A DNA stretch of 64,000 bases from a virus (lineage: Duplodnaviria; Caudoviricetes): the IMG/VR virus record IMGVR_UViG_3300012016_000003, positions 23,612 through 87,611 of that record. One strand, 5' to 3'. The notes below the pieces were generated by a model. The model saw only the letters and a program-made list of their open reading frames with translations, had not been told where the DNA came from and made no database searches. Below are positions 17,477 through 27,900 of this stretch, piece by piece (position 1 is the first letter of the stretch; each line of letters begins with the position of its first letter). The translations under genes were made by a program, and so were the position numbers.

Positions 17477-20400
17477 TTATGCTATTGTATATCCCTTTGC
17501 CGTTGCCAATGCAATGTCAGCCTCGGTCAATAAAGCCTTTGTAGCTGATGCAAATGTTATCGTATAGGTAGTACTACCTTCGGAATTGTCACCACATTCG
17601 TTAATCACATTTAATGCTGATTGTCTTGTAAGTTTTGATGCACTTGAACAAGTTATGTTACATTTACATCCCCTAAATCCACCAAAATCGGTAATGTTTG
17701 AAACTCCATAGTATTGCCCATTCAAAGTACAAGAAGTAGCATTTGGGCATATAATAACACCAACTTTTTTTAATTTAGTAGTACCAGTAAAATTGTTCAA
17801 TGTTGTTACTGCCCCATTGTAACTTGAAATGTCTATATTTCCAACTTCTGCCAGATTGGTGCATCCTTGAAAAAGGTAAAGATTTCCAAATACTCCTTTT
17901 GATGAATATGGAACTTCGGAAAAATCCAAATTACCGACTTTAGTTAAATTTGAGCAATAACCAAACATTCGATTAGCACCGTGGTCGCTCTGCGAACCAC
18001 CAATTTGCGCCTTCTTAACGAAAACATTTCCAATCTCGGTAAATCCAGTACCTCTAAACATTTCTGCTGCATTTGTGACATTTGTCAAGGAGTCGAGAAA
18101 GCTTTGTGATACGGAAGTTAATGCTGAACAACCATAAAACATATTTTTTGTAGTTGTAACCTTGCTGAAATCGGCATTAGAAGGAAATTCAATACTCGTT
18201 AATGCTGAACAACCATAAAACATTGATTGCATTGATGTGACCTTGCTGAAATTTATAGATTCCAAGAAACTGACATTATTTAAAGATGAACATCCTTGGA
18301 ATGTACTTGTTAAACCAGCAAAATTAGAAAAGTCGCTTTCTTGGTCAAAGGTTATTGTTTGCAATGATGAACAATTTTGAAAAGCACGAGCAAGTGATGT
18401 GCATGAACTTGTAACTTTTAATGGAGCAACTGTAGTTAAAGCCGTACAACCGTTGAACAAGTCATACGGAGCACCTTCTAGCAAGAAGTCGCCTTGCACA
18501 TTGAAGCTTACCAAAGACTTGCAGCCAGCAAATGTGTATTCATCATTTACAGTACAATTCTTGTTAAATGTAAGACTTGTAAGAGAAGAACAATTCCTAA
18601 ATGCTTCGGCATCTATTGTAACATCATTAACAAATGGGTTATTTATTATAAGCTTCGTGCATCCAGAGAAAGCACTCAAATAAATCCTAGTTGCATAACT
18701 TGGTTCTGCATTCACTAGTGCCGTACACCCTTGCAGGCATTGCCTACCATAAATAGTGACTGTAGATGGAATATCTAAAGTCACAAGAGCCGTACAACCG
18801 ATGAATGCAGTAGAACCAAATGTTGTTGGAGTAGACCCATTAAAATCAATGGTTGCAAGTGAAGTACAATGATAACAAAAACCTTGGCTAGCATTACCAA
18901 TCATTGATGGGTCAACTCCTATCACGCCAGTAAATGTACTTGGAAACTTAATTCTTGTTAGTTCAGTGCATCCAGTAAACACACCTCTTGTTTCTCCAAC
19001 CTCATTCGTGCATCGGTAGCTTACAAAGTACTCAAATTCATCAAATGAAGTTAGTGCAGTCTTGTTTTTTAGGTTTCCATTAAACCTTGTCACTTTAGCA
19101 GCCTCACGAGCGTAAAGTAGTGTTGCACTTTCGGACACTTTCAAGGTGTTATAGATAAAGCTTAACAAGCTTGCAAATCCAGCGTTTGTTTCGGCATTTA
19201 TAAGAAGCAAGTCATTAAGGTAGATACGCACCGTATTGGAAAATATGGTAGGGTCATCACTCAACCTTGCATAAACATCCGTATAGCCATAAGTACTATT
19301 TATTGGAGATACCACATTGTTTAGAATAGAAATCTTTTGGTTATCATACACATATTCCACAAATCTTGACTTTGTGTTCTTTGGCGGGTTGAGGGTATAG
19401 GAGAGGGTGCAGGTAGTACCTTTCTTGTAGTCTATGGCTTCATTGTCAACCACAAGGTTTTTTATCTGCAATATCCTAATCCTCGCAAGCGCAATTTCCC
19501 TAGTCACCCTAACCTGATTGTTCCAAGTTGATGTGGCAGTAACGGAAAAGTTTTCGGTAGTTCCATTCTTTGAGCCGCTAGGTTCAAAGTTTGCGAAGTC
19601 AAGTGTTGCCGTGTAGTCGGTTGTTCTAAGTGCTATCGCTGCTGGAATACTATCACTGCTCCACTTTACTGACTTGTAGGCAAGAGTGTTTGCACCTACC
19701 TCATAGGTTCTAGTGATACCAACGGCTTCATCCTCATAGATGGTTTCTATATCTTCTTTTCCAGTCAAAGTAAGTCCAATAGCGTCCTTGCTAGGGATAA
19801 CCGTCTGCCCAGACTTTATCGTAAGGTAAGGGAAGTATGCTTGGATGGCTTCTGCATAGCCACTGACAAGTGTTTCAAACTCTATCGTTCCACTTATGTA
19901 AGCCGTATCGCTTGTTTCCCTTCCTTGTGCATCAAGGGCATAGTAGTTCTTTTCGTTTGCATCGGCATCAAGACCTTTGGCTATTCTATAAAGCATCTCG
20001 GCAACTTGTCCGTTAGGGTCATCGGCACTAGTGACCGTTTCGTCAATATCAGTAATCCTTATGTATGTCAATGCGTTCTTTCCTTGCGTATCGTTGGAAT
20101 AGTAGATGTCCTTCAATATCTGGAAACTCCTTAACATTGAACAACCCTCAATATCAACACTCTTTACGTTTGGTGCGCAAGCCGTAACATCAAGGCTTGA
20201 AAGGAACTTTAGGTTCTTCAAGGAAAGGGCGGTCATTGTGGATGGCAAAGTCAATGTTTCAAGTTTAGAACCCTCGGCAAAGGTAAGACCAGCCACTTGT
20301 GTACCCGTAAGATAGACAGTCCGTATTCTAGGGCAATTACTCAAATCAAGAGAACCACTAAGGTTTGTGGCATTCCTTGCATCAATCAAGGTAAGTGAAG

Positions 20401-23400
20401 GGCAATTAGAGAATGTAAGCATAGCCACTCCATTTGACACCTTGGTTGCATCCTCATCACCAATCTTCAAGGTTTCAAGTCGCTTGCTTGAAATCTGCAA
20501 GTTTGTTGCACTTGACCTATCAATGTCAAATGCTGCAAGGTCGCCAATGGAACGGAAGTAATCGGCAGCCATAATATACACTGTTGTATTGTTACCACCG
20601 ATACCATCCATTGTTCCAACCTCGCCATCCCATGTGCGTGAAAAATACCTAACACCTTGACCAGAAAAGACGCAAGGGTACAAGTCCATTGCAGGTGTAA
20701 GGCTGAACCTTTGTGGATTTTGGGTACGGAATGCTATTCTACCGAGCGACACATCGGTATAGCTTGCAAACGGCCCGTAACGGAACTTACTCATGCAATA
20801 CACCAACCTTCTTTCCACCCAATACATCTCGCTCTCCAAGCTATCTCCGTGTGACTGTGCCGTAGGCAAAACATCCACATTGTATTGTCCTTGCAAGGTG
20901 GCATAGTAGGCATCCTCGTATGAATATCTTGCATCGTGGTTGTATGCGCCCTTTGAGAAGTAGTTTTGCGCCTTATTCCAATAGTATTCCTTGAAGAATG
21001 CCATAAGTTTATCGAACACACCACCTTCACTAGAGCCGCCAAGGGAAATCATCGCATCAAGAATATCCCTACCCATCTTCCTTATCTCATCCTCAAAGCA
21101 CTGGTCTACCAAAGTCCAAAAGGCACTATCCTCGCCCTTGAACACCCTAGCAACCTTATCCGAACTAGTCCAGTCCTTGAACTCAATGGAATACTTCTTT
21201 GCCGAGTTACCTTGGTTGTCAATATCAAAGATGGTATCAAGGTCATCTTGCCGCCATCTCCACTTGCCACCATCGGAAAGGCTCTTGAACTTGTAGGGGT
21301 AGGAGTTCTTTGCATGGTTATCAGTTGCACCGAACATCACAAGGAAGGTATGGCAAAACAAGGTATCATTCAAGTTCCAAGGGGAATCACTTGCCAGCAT
21401 AGCCGTTCTAAACCTACGTCTACGCATTTCACGCAAGTATTCATCCTTCTTTGCAAGCGCAAGGTCTTCAATGGTGCTTATGCTTAAAAGCCCCATAGTG
21501 GTAAGAATAGCCGCATCCAACTCATCCTCATTACCCATTGTTTCCACCTCCTTCAAGGAAAGGTATTGGTTCTTTTGCGTATCGGTGTTAAAGTCACCGA
21601 ACACACCGTATGTGGATAATCCAAGTTTCTTTAGGATATTCGCATTAAGGCTTGACGTGGTGGTCATATCAAGATTTTCAAGCACGTTCACACCCGATGC
21701 CTTGTAGCTATTGTCCTTTATGTCGAGGTAGTATAGGTTGTAGTCACCATCAAAGTAGAACTCATAGTATAGGAATGGTCTATCATCGTCATCCTCATTA
21801 GGGGTAGAACCGAAACCAGTAACATCGGAATTTATCTTTGTCAATGCAGCTGCTACCGTCTGCACACCGAACCTCGATGTGGTCAAACCCATAATGAAAG
21901 GAGAATTGAGGTAAGCCAACTCGTATGCAGGCTTGAACTCTTCGACCAACTTTGCCATTATTTCCGTACCATCCTCTTCGGTGTCTTTGCCATAGCAGTT
22001 ACCAACTTCCCATCCAGCTTCATACTCATCATTGTTTATTCTTATGGAAAGGCTCTCGGCATTGAACACCACGTCATTGTTCCAAGGGTAACGGAACACA
22101 GCAAGACGCTTATCATGGTCAAGACCTTCCATTGTTATCAATGATTTCTTTAGGTCTACATTGTTTATCTTGGCATTGTACTTGAACGTAGGCTTATCCC
22201 CTTTATCTGGACCGATTGTGAACAATCCTATAAACTCATACTTTTCATTACCAAGGTCATCGTATGTCCTTACAAATCCGTAGGCTGGGTATTGGAATAC
22301 AGCCGTTCTACCACCACCTTCGTTTGTACCCGCGCACATATCGTGAAGGTCATTGTAGGCACTTGTAGTACCCATCTTGTGTGATTGTTGGCTAGAGGCA
22401 TAGTTCTTCTTTGCCGTTATTCGCATTACGGGGGAATGAGTATCGCCATCAAACTTGACGGTTTTGGAAAGTGCGGCATTGCCCCAAGTACCCGTAGAAC
22501 GATTATAGCCATATTGAACATATACTTGCTTTTCATATTTTGAAGAGCCTACCTCGGTTGTGGTCTTGTCAATTCTGTCACGGAAGTTCCAACGGAAGTA
22601 GTTCATAGAGGTTGTACCTTGTCCCATGTGCTCCACGTCATTGATTTTCCAATCCCAAGTAGGATGAGCACCAAAGTGCATTTCAAGGTTTGCCCTACCG
22701 ACTTCCTTCTTAGTCCAGTCGGAATATGAAGGTATGGTAGGCTTTACCCAAGGCTTTATTGCCTTACCATCGGCATCTTCCTTGTAAATCATCTCCACAA
22801 TAAACCAGTTAGCCGTGGTGGATTGGATAACCTTTTCATAGCTTACATCACCATCCTCATTCATCACATCATTTTCCCTTGCGTTTGCAGCCCTCTTTTC
22901 CTCTATGGTGGGCAATGATGCTACATAGTTGGTTGTAGCCGCTAGGAAGCCAAATGCTTGGTTGTAGACCCTTATTCCGTACACATATAGGTTAGCCGAA
23001 TCGCTGCCCAAGATGATAGGTGCGCTAGTGATAAAGTTGTCATTCCCTTCAAGCGCGAACTCACACTTTATTGTTCCGTTCACGAAGATGTGGCAGAACC
23101 TTTTCCCCCAATTCTTGTAGTCTTGTGAGAACACGATGATTAGGTCTATGTCATCCTCATCTCCAGTATGGTAGCTCTGCACGTTGTCGAAAGTGCTCTT
23201 TCTTTGGCTTGAATGCACGCAAACCTCATCGGGTCTAATCCTTATTCCAGTAAAGTTGTCAGGGTTGTCTTGCGGCATTGAAGCGATGGTTATCACATTC
23301 TCGTTATAATTGGAAACAACGGATGTCTTGTAGTTTATCTCAATGGCTATGTAGTTGCTCGTTATATTCAAAGGCGCATAGTTTATCTGGCACTTTGAAC

Positions 23401-24730
23401 CTGCATTGATAGCCAAGCAACTTCTTCCGTTGTCATCAACAGTCCACCCGTCCATACCATCCACGAAAGCCATCTTAGTCCAAACGGCTTGAACATCGGT
23501 TGAGTCACTTGCATTCTTGATTACATCCCTATCGGCTTGCGCATTACTTCTTGTGGAAGGGTTCATGTAGAATACCGCTCCATTAGTAGCAGGAAAGCTT
23601 GCACTTGTATCTACAAGGAATGATGCCGAAGGGTGCGTATCTCCATAGGTTAGCATGGCTATAAGTGTAGGGCTCTCGGCATTTATATCCACATTAAAAT
23701 AAAGGCTGTTCTTTTGGCTTGCAGCCACATTGGAAAGCAAGGCATCATAGATAGGGTGTGAAACACCGCTATACGTTGCGCTTATGGTCTGCCGTACATT
23801 GCTTGTGGTAGATGTACCGCTCGTTGAGTTACCCCCATTGTAGATGGCATAGTCAAAGAGTCTGGCACTTGTTCCGTTGACAACTTGCGTACCCACATTG
23901 TTGATACAAACAAGTTGTGCCGTGGCAGCTTGTGAGGAAGCAACGCACATCACATTGTAGGCGTAGTGGGTAGACTCCAAAGTGCCGCTAGCCACCCATA
24001 TCTCAAACTTGTAGACTCCCGTTCCCGTAGTTGGAAAATCGGTAAGCACAAAGTAATAGCCACCATTGGCAAAGGTGGTAGTACCTATATTTACTGATGA
24101 TGTGTGGTCATAGGCAAGGTCGGCATTGGAAACACGGAGATAGACGGTCTTGTCAAGGTTGCCAGTGATGGCGAAAGCACCAAAGGAATAGCCGTTGGGG
24201 TTATCCACATAGGCATTTTCCCAAAGCACGTTTGATGGGGTCAAGGACATGGTGGTAAGCATTGCACTGCCCACCCAAGCATCCGTTGCACTCAATGCAG
24301 TTTCCGTGAACTTTACCCTTACGTTCCTTGCCGTAGTGGAAAGGTAGGACTTTATATCTACGGAGATTGAGCCGTTACCACTTACGGAGATGCCATCCAC
24401 AACCGTAACATAGTTGCCGTTTGCATCTGCCACCTCTACACTAGCCTTGTAGTTCGTATCTTGAACCACTTGACGTGAACCATCCACAAGAACCTTTGTG
24501 GTTGTTGCAGAAGCCTTTAGCAATGCCGTTGCATCGGAACGCTTGAAGTATAGGCTGCTACCGCTAGCCCCCTCGACACTTATCGTTACCACATAAGTAG
24601 CACCTTGAATGCCTGGGCTGCTGTTTACTGCACCGATGATTTCATCTATCTTTGCCGTGATGTCATTCATCTCGGCAGATTGTAGAACTTGCTCTTGTTC
24701 AAATGTCTTGTTTAATAAATCAATAGCCAT
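17477..24730 (-). CDS. Giant 2417-aa tail-associated protein: LamG-like, CotH-kinase-like, LRR, Ig-like and BspA-type LRR regions
   Basis: TDNHAKNSY...WRWRQDDLD (CotH-like), LDLSNCPRIRTVYLTGT LRRs, and AF.GC..L / MFYGCSAL repeats. Confidence 0.75.
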   Translation of the reverse strand: MAIDLLNKTFEQEQVLQSAEMNDITAKIDEIIGAVNSSPGIQGATYVVTISVEGASGSSLYFKRSDATALLKASATTTKVLVDGSRQVVQDTNYKASVEVADANGNYVTVVDGISVSGNGSISVDIKSYLSTTARNVRVKFTETALSATDAWVGSAMLTTMSLTPSNVLWENAYVDNPNGYSFGAFAITGNLDKTVYLRVSNADLAYDHTSSVNIGTTTFANGGYYFVLTDFPTTGTGVYKFEIWVASGTLESTHYAYNVMCVASSQAATAQLVCINNVGTQVVNGTSARLFDYAIYNGGNSTSGTSTTSNVRQTISATYSGVSHPIYDALLSNVAASQKNSLYFNVDINAESPTLIAMLTYGDTHPSASFLVDTSASFPATNGAVFYMNPSTRSNAQADRDVIKNASDSTDVQAVWTKMAFVDGMDGWTVDDNGRSCLAINAGSKCQINYAPLNITSNYIAIEINYKTSVVSNYNENVITIASMPQDNPDNFTGIRIRPDEVCVHSSQRKSTFDNVQSYHTGDEDDIDLIIVFSQDYKNWGKRFCHIFVNGTIKCEFALEGNDNFITSAPIILGSDSANLYVYGIRVYNQAFGFLAATTNYVASLPTIEEKRAANARENDVMNEDGDVSYEKVIQSTTANWFIVEMIYKEDADGKAIKPWVKPTIPSYSDWTKKEVGRANLEMHFGAHPTWDWKINDVEHMGQGTTSMNYFRWNFRDRIDKTTTEVGSSKYEKQVYVQYGYNRSTGTWGNAALSKTVKFDGDTHSPVMRITAKKNYASSQQSHKMGTTSAYNDLHDMCAGTNEGGGRTAVFQYPAYGFVRTYDDLGNEKYEFIGLFTIGPDKGDKPTFKYNAKINNVDLKKSLITMEGLDHDKRLAVFRYPWNNDVVFNAESLSIRINNDEYEAGWEVGNCYGKDTEEDGTEIMAKLVEEFKPAYELAYLNSPFIMGLTTSRFGVQTVAAALTKINSDVTGFGSTPNEDDDDRPFLYYEFYFDGDYNLYYLDIKDNSYKASGVNVLENLDMTTTSSLNANILKKLGLSTYGVFGDFNTDTQKNQYLSLKEVETMGNEDELDAAILTTMGLLSISTIEDLALAKKDEYLREMRRRRFRTAMLASDSPWNLNDTLFCHTFLVMFGATDNHAKNSYPYKFKSLSDGGKWRWRQDDLDTIFDIDNQGNSAKKYSIEFKDWTSSDKVARVFKGEDSAFWTLVDQCFEDEIRKMGRDILDAMISLGGSSEGGVFDKLMAFFKEYYWNKAQNYFSKGAYNHDARYSYEDAYYATLQGQYNVDVLPTAQSHGDSLESEMYWVERRLVYCMSKFRYGPFASYTDVSLGRIAFRTQNPQRFSLTPAMDLYPCVFSGQGVRYFSRTWDGEVGTMDGIGGNNTTVYIMAADYFRSIGDLAAFDIDRSSATNLQISSKRLETLKIGDEDATKVSNGVAMLTFSNCPSLTLIDARNATNLSGSLDLSNCPRIRTVYLTGTQVAGLTFAEGSKLETLTLPSTMTALSLKNLKFLSSLDVTACAPNVKSVDIEGCSMLRSFQILKDIYYSNDTQGKNALTYIRITDIDETVTSADDPNGQVAEMLYRIAKGLDADANEKNYYALDAQGRETSDTAYISGTIEFETLVSGYAEAIQAYFPYLTIKSGQTVIPSKDAIGLTLTGKEDIETIYEDEAVGITRTYEVGANTLAYKSVKWSSDSIPAAIALRTTDYTATLDFANFEPSGSKNGTTENFSVTATSTWNNQVRVTREIALARIRILQIKNLVVDNEAIDYKKGTTCTLSYTLNPPKNTKSRFVEYVYDNQKISILNNVVSPINSTYGYTDVYARLSDDPTIFSNTVRIYLNDLLLINAETNAGFASLLSFIYNTLKVSESATLLYAREAAKVTRFNGNLKNKTALTSFDEFEYFVSYRCTNEVGETRGVFTGCTELTRIKFPSTFTGVIGVDPSMIGNASQGFCYHCTSLATIDFNGSTPTTFGSTAFIGCTALVTLDIPSTVTIYGRQCLQGCTALVNAEPSYATRIYLSAFSGCTKLIINNPFVNDVTIDAEAFRNCSSLTSLTFNKNCTVNDEYTFAGCKSLVSFNVQGDFLLEGAPYDLFNGCTALTTVAPLKVTSSCTSLARAFQNCSSLQTITFDQESDFSNFAGLTSTFQGCSSLNNVSFLESINFSKVTSMQSMFYGCSALTSIEFPSNADFSKVTTTKNMFYGCSALTSVSQSFLDSLTNVTNAAEMFRGTGFTEIGNVFVKKAQIGGSQSDHGANRMFGYCSNLTKVGNLDFSEVPYSSKGVFGNLYLFQGCTNLAEVGNIDISSYNGAVTTLNNFTGTTKLKKVGVIICPNATSCTLNGQYYGVSNITDFGGFRGCKCNITCSSASKLTRQSALNVINECGDNSEGSTTYTITFASATKALLTEADIALATAKGYTIA
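18117..18280 (-). repeat. 81-nt tandem coding repeat (27-aa surface-protein repeat)
   Basis: gttaatgctgaacaaccataaaacat occurs at 18117 and 18198. Confidence 0.8.
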
Positions 24731-24731
24731 T

Positions 24732-24959
24732 CTATCCCAATGTGTTTATATCAAGTTTGCCAATATCAAGTATAAGATGACCCTCCAAGTCGCCACCGCC
24801 ATGAATATATCCGTACCCATCCTTTAGCCTAAGTACGTTCATTACGGTGTCCCAAGGGTCTTCAACAATGTTATTCCCCTCTCTAAGGACTTGCATTGAG
24901 GTGACGTGTATCAATCCGTCAACCTCGCTTGCCTTTGTGTTTATCTTTAGTACCCTCAT
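24732..24959 (-). CDS. Small hypothetical tail-region protein
   Basis: 75 aa; ATGA overlap with the upstream gene. Confidence 0.6.
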   Translation of the reverse strand: MRVLKINTKASEVDGLIHVTSMQVLREGNNIVEDPWDTVMNVLRLKDGYGYIHGGGDLEGHLILDIGKLDINTLG

Positions 24960-27900
24960 GCCAGTTGTTCCTCACTTTCATTATCCCATACCGTACCATC
25001 TATGCAAGCAAAGTACGCATCGGGAGCATCACAATAGCCATCATTGTAAAAACCGAAATGGTAGCCCTTGCGCATTTGTCCCGAACTATTCACAAACCTT
25101 GCATCCGTTTGTACGGTTGTTTCATAGGCTACATAGCCAGTAACGTGGTTTGCAGCTACGGTGGAATCGGTAGGCGACTCATTTTCATAGTTTCCATAGC
25201 AAGTCAAGCCATCATACTGCCGTATGGTTGATGGGTTGGTGCTATCGGCATGGAATACGGAAATCTGCCTTGCACTTGTAGTAGGCACTCTCGTTGCCCA
25301 TTGTCCGTTGCTAACCGTATTTGCCAAGGTTGAATAAGCCGTGGCACTTGAAACCACAACCACACCTTTAGAGCCAAGCGACTCCCAATAGTAGGCTAGT
25401 GTGTTTGTTATCACACCAGTTTCGGTTATGTACCAAGCCACCGAACCATCGGGGTTATAGTAGTATGTCCTCATGCCCGTAATCACACCGCTTGAATTGT
25501 AGATGAACACATCTTCCTTCATCTTTGTGCCATCGGGGTAGTAGTACACAACAGTTCCGTTTCCATTTCCATTGTACTTTGAAAGCACCCTCCCATTCAC
25601 ATCCGTAGCGATGACAGTTTGGGTAATCAATTCACTAGCCTTAATCATGTCGGTACGGATATACCCATTGCCATCTGCATCCTCTTGGATAATGGCTATG
25701 TCTTTAGGGTTGGTAGTGTTCCTATTACGGAAGAAGAACTTATCGGCATAGAAGTGAAACTCCCTTGCATCCCAATCAAAACCAGCTTCACGAAAGACTT
25801 GCTTATCCCCATCACTCATTCCGTTGGTGTAGCAGTCCTTCTTTGCCCAATGCGCTTCATTGAAAGTGCTACCATTGTTTGATGTGGTGGCAACCATGAT
25901 AGTGCCCTTTTCATACAAAGTGCCGTTCAAGGTTGTGTCTGCACTTAATATCCAAAGGTCATTCTTCCTATATAGGTAGCCATCATCAATGATTTCCCCG
26001 TCGGCATTCGTGCGCTTGTTCTCTGGTTTTGCAATGAATATGGTAGCCTTTCCATCCGTCTTGTCCGTAAGTTCTTCAAGGCTTATGGATGATTGAATCC
26101 ATTTCTCCCCATTCCAGTAGTAGCTTAGACCAGTGTCCTCATTAACCCAAATATCGCCCTTATGGTTGGCTTTCAATTCTGGAGTAGTCCAAGCAAGGCT
26201 AGGGTCTGCATCGGAAGTGGTAACAAAGCTTTCGGCTACACCATCAAGTTGTTCGGAAATTTCTTGCACGAAAGGAGTGTAGGTGTTCTCAATGAACACT
26301 TGCAATGCCTTTCCATCAGTGTATTTCAAGATGTCTACCCAATCGGTATCATAGAACCTATCCGTTCTAGTAGCAAGGGAAACAAGGATAGTTCCAGCCG
26401 TATAGGTCTTAGAGCCATCTTGATAATCTATCTTTACTGTATCATCCAAAATCCAAAAATCATGTGCATTGTATGGCACTGTAGGTGTACCATAGAATAT
26501 ACTAGCCTTTCTATCATACTTTTGCGTGAAAGGAGTAAGGTCTACACTACTTTCCACCCATTCCTCTCCATTCCACACACTAGAGGTTTTATCATTTGTG
26601 TTGTACCACAAATCTCCAACGTGTTCGCTAGGTTCAGTCCAACCCTCGCTTGGGTCATCGGCTTGGTAGTAGGAATCAGCTTTTCCATCCACTTGCCTTT
26701 GAACCTCGGTCTTGAATGTGTTGATAGCCGTTAAAGCATTTTGTATCTGGGTGGAATAGTTAGCCGCCAATGCCCAATCAGCAATGTTAAAGCTATCCCA
26801 AGAACCATTCCTAATACATACCAACAAGTCATTAGTATAGCTATTTTGGTACGTTGCTTTTACCCAAAGGTCATTCTTGGAGTAGTCACCACTTGTAGGG
26901 GTGTCAGTGCCGTAAGTGCCAGCAAAGCAACGTGCCTTTTCCCTAACTAGACGCAAAGACTCAATCAAGTACTGGTCGCTTACCTCTTGCCAAAAATATC
27001 CCGAAACGGGGTTATACTTGTATTCCCAAGCCAAACCATCTGCACTAAGGTAAATATCTCCAACGTGTTCATCCCTTACCTCATCGGTAGTCCATTCACT
27101 TTCGGGTTCACTATCGGCACTAGGCTCTCCGTATGTTTCACTTCGCCAAACGAGGAATGAACCATCGCTTTGGGATGCTATTTCCTCTATTACCTCATCA
27201 ATGGTCTTGTAGCTAACTTGACCATCCTTTCCAGTGTGTCTAAAGTCAAAGTGGTTGGCACGGATATTCAACCCGCCATCTTGGTCATACTTGATGTAGT
27301 TCGTTTGCAGCCTATCCCCAACGTACATATCGCCATAGACCACCATCTTCATCCTACCAGTAGTAGGGTCATACTCAAAGCTAGTGGCGTCCTTATCCAC
27401 AAGGGAATAGTCATTGATGCCGTGATATATCTTTATCGAAGGACTTGATGAGCCAGTAGATGAAATCTCTATGAAATTCTGCCTTGTCGCATCGGTCTTG
27501 TTACCTACAACAACAAGTACATCACCACGCTTAGGAATGCCCGAACCAGCATCGCAATCCTCGATAGACAAATCCACATAACCATTTTGGTAGTCCACAT
27601 TATCCACGGCACGCCAATAGTAGGTAGCTTGGTTCACGTTGAAGGTTTGGCATCTCGCAAGGTCGCCCACTTGCCAATCATTGATGTTTATCGTAGAATG
27701 ACCATCGGTCAAGTCTACATAGCACCTATAAACATCATCAAGAACCTCCACGTTGGAAATCGTAAGGTCTGCTGGGCTGACACCTATACTTCCACCCACA
27801 TGGTCCAACCTCTTTATAGCCAACTCTATGAAATAAGCCATCTTTCTAACCATAAGACGGTCTATCTCCAAGTAGGAATCGTTGGTGTTACCATATTTTC

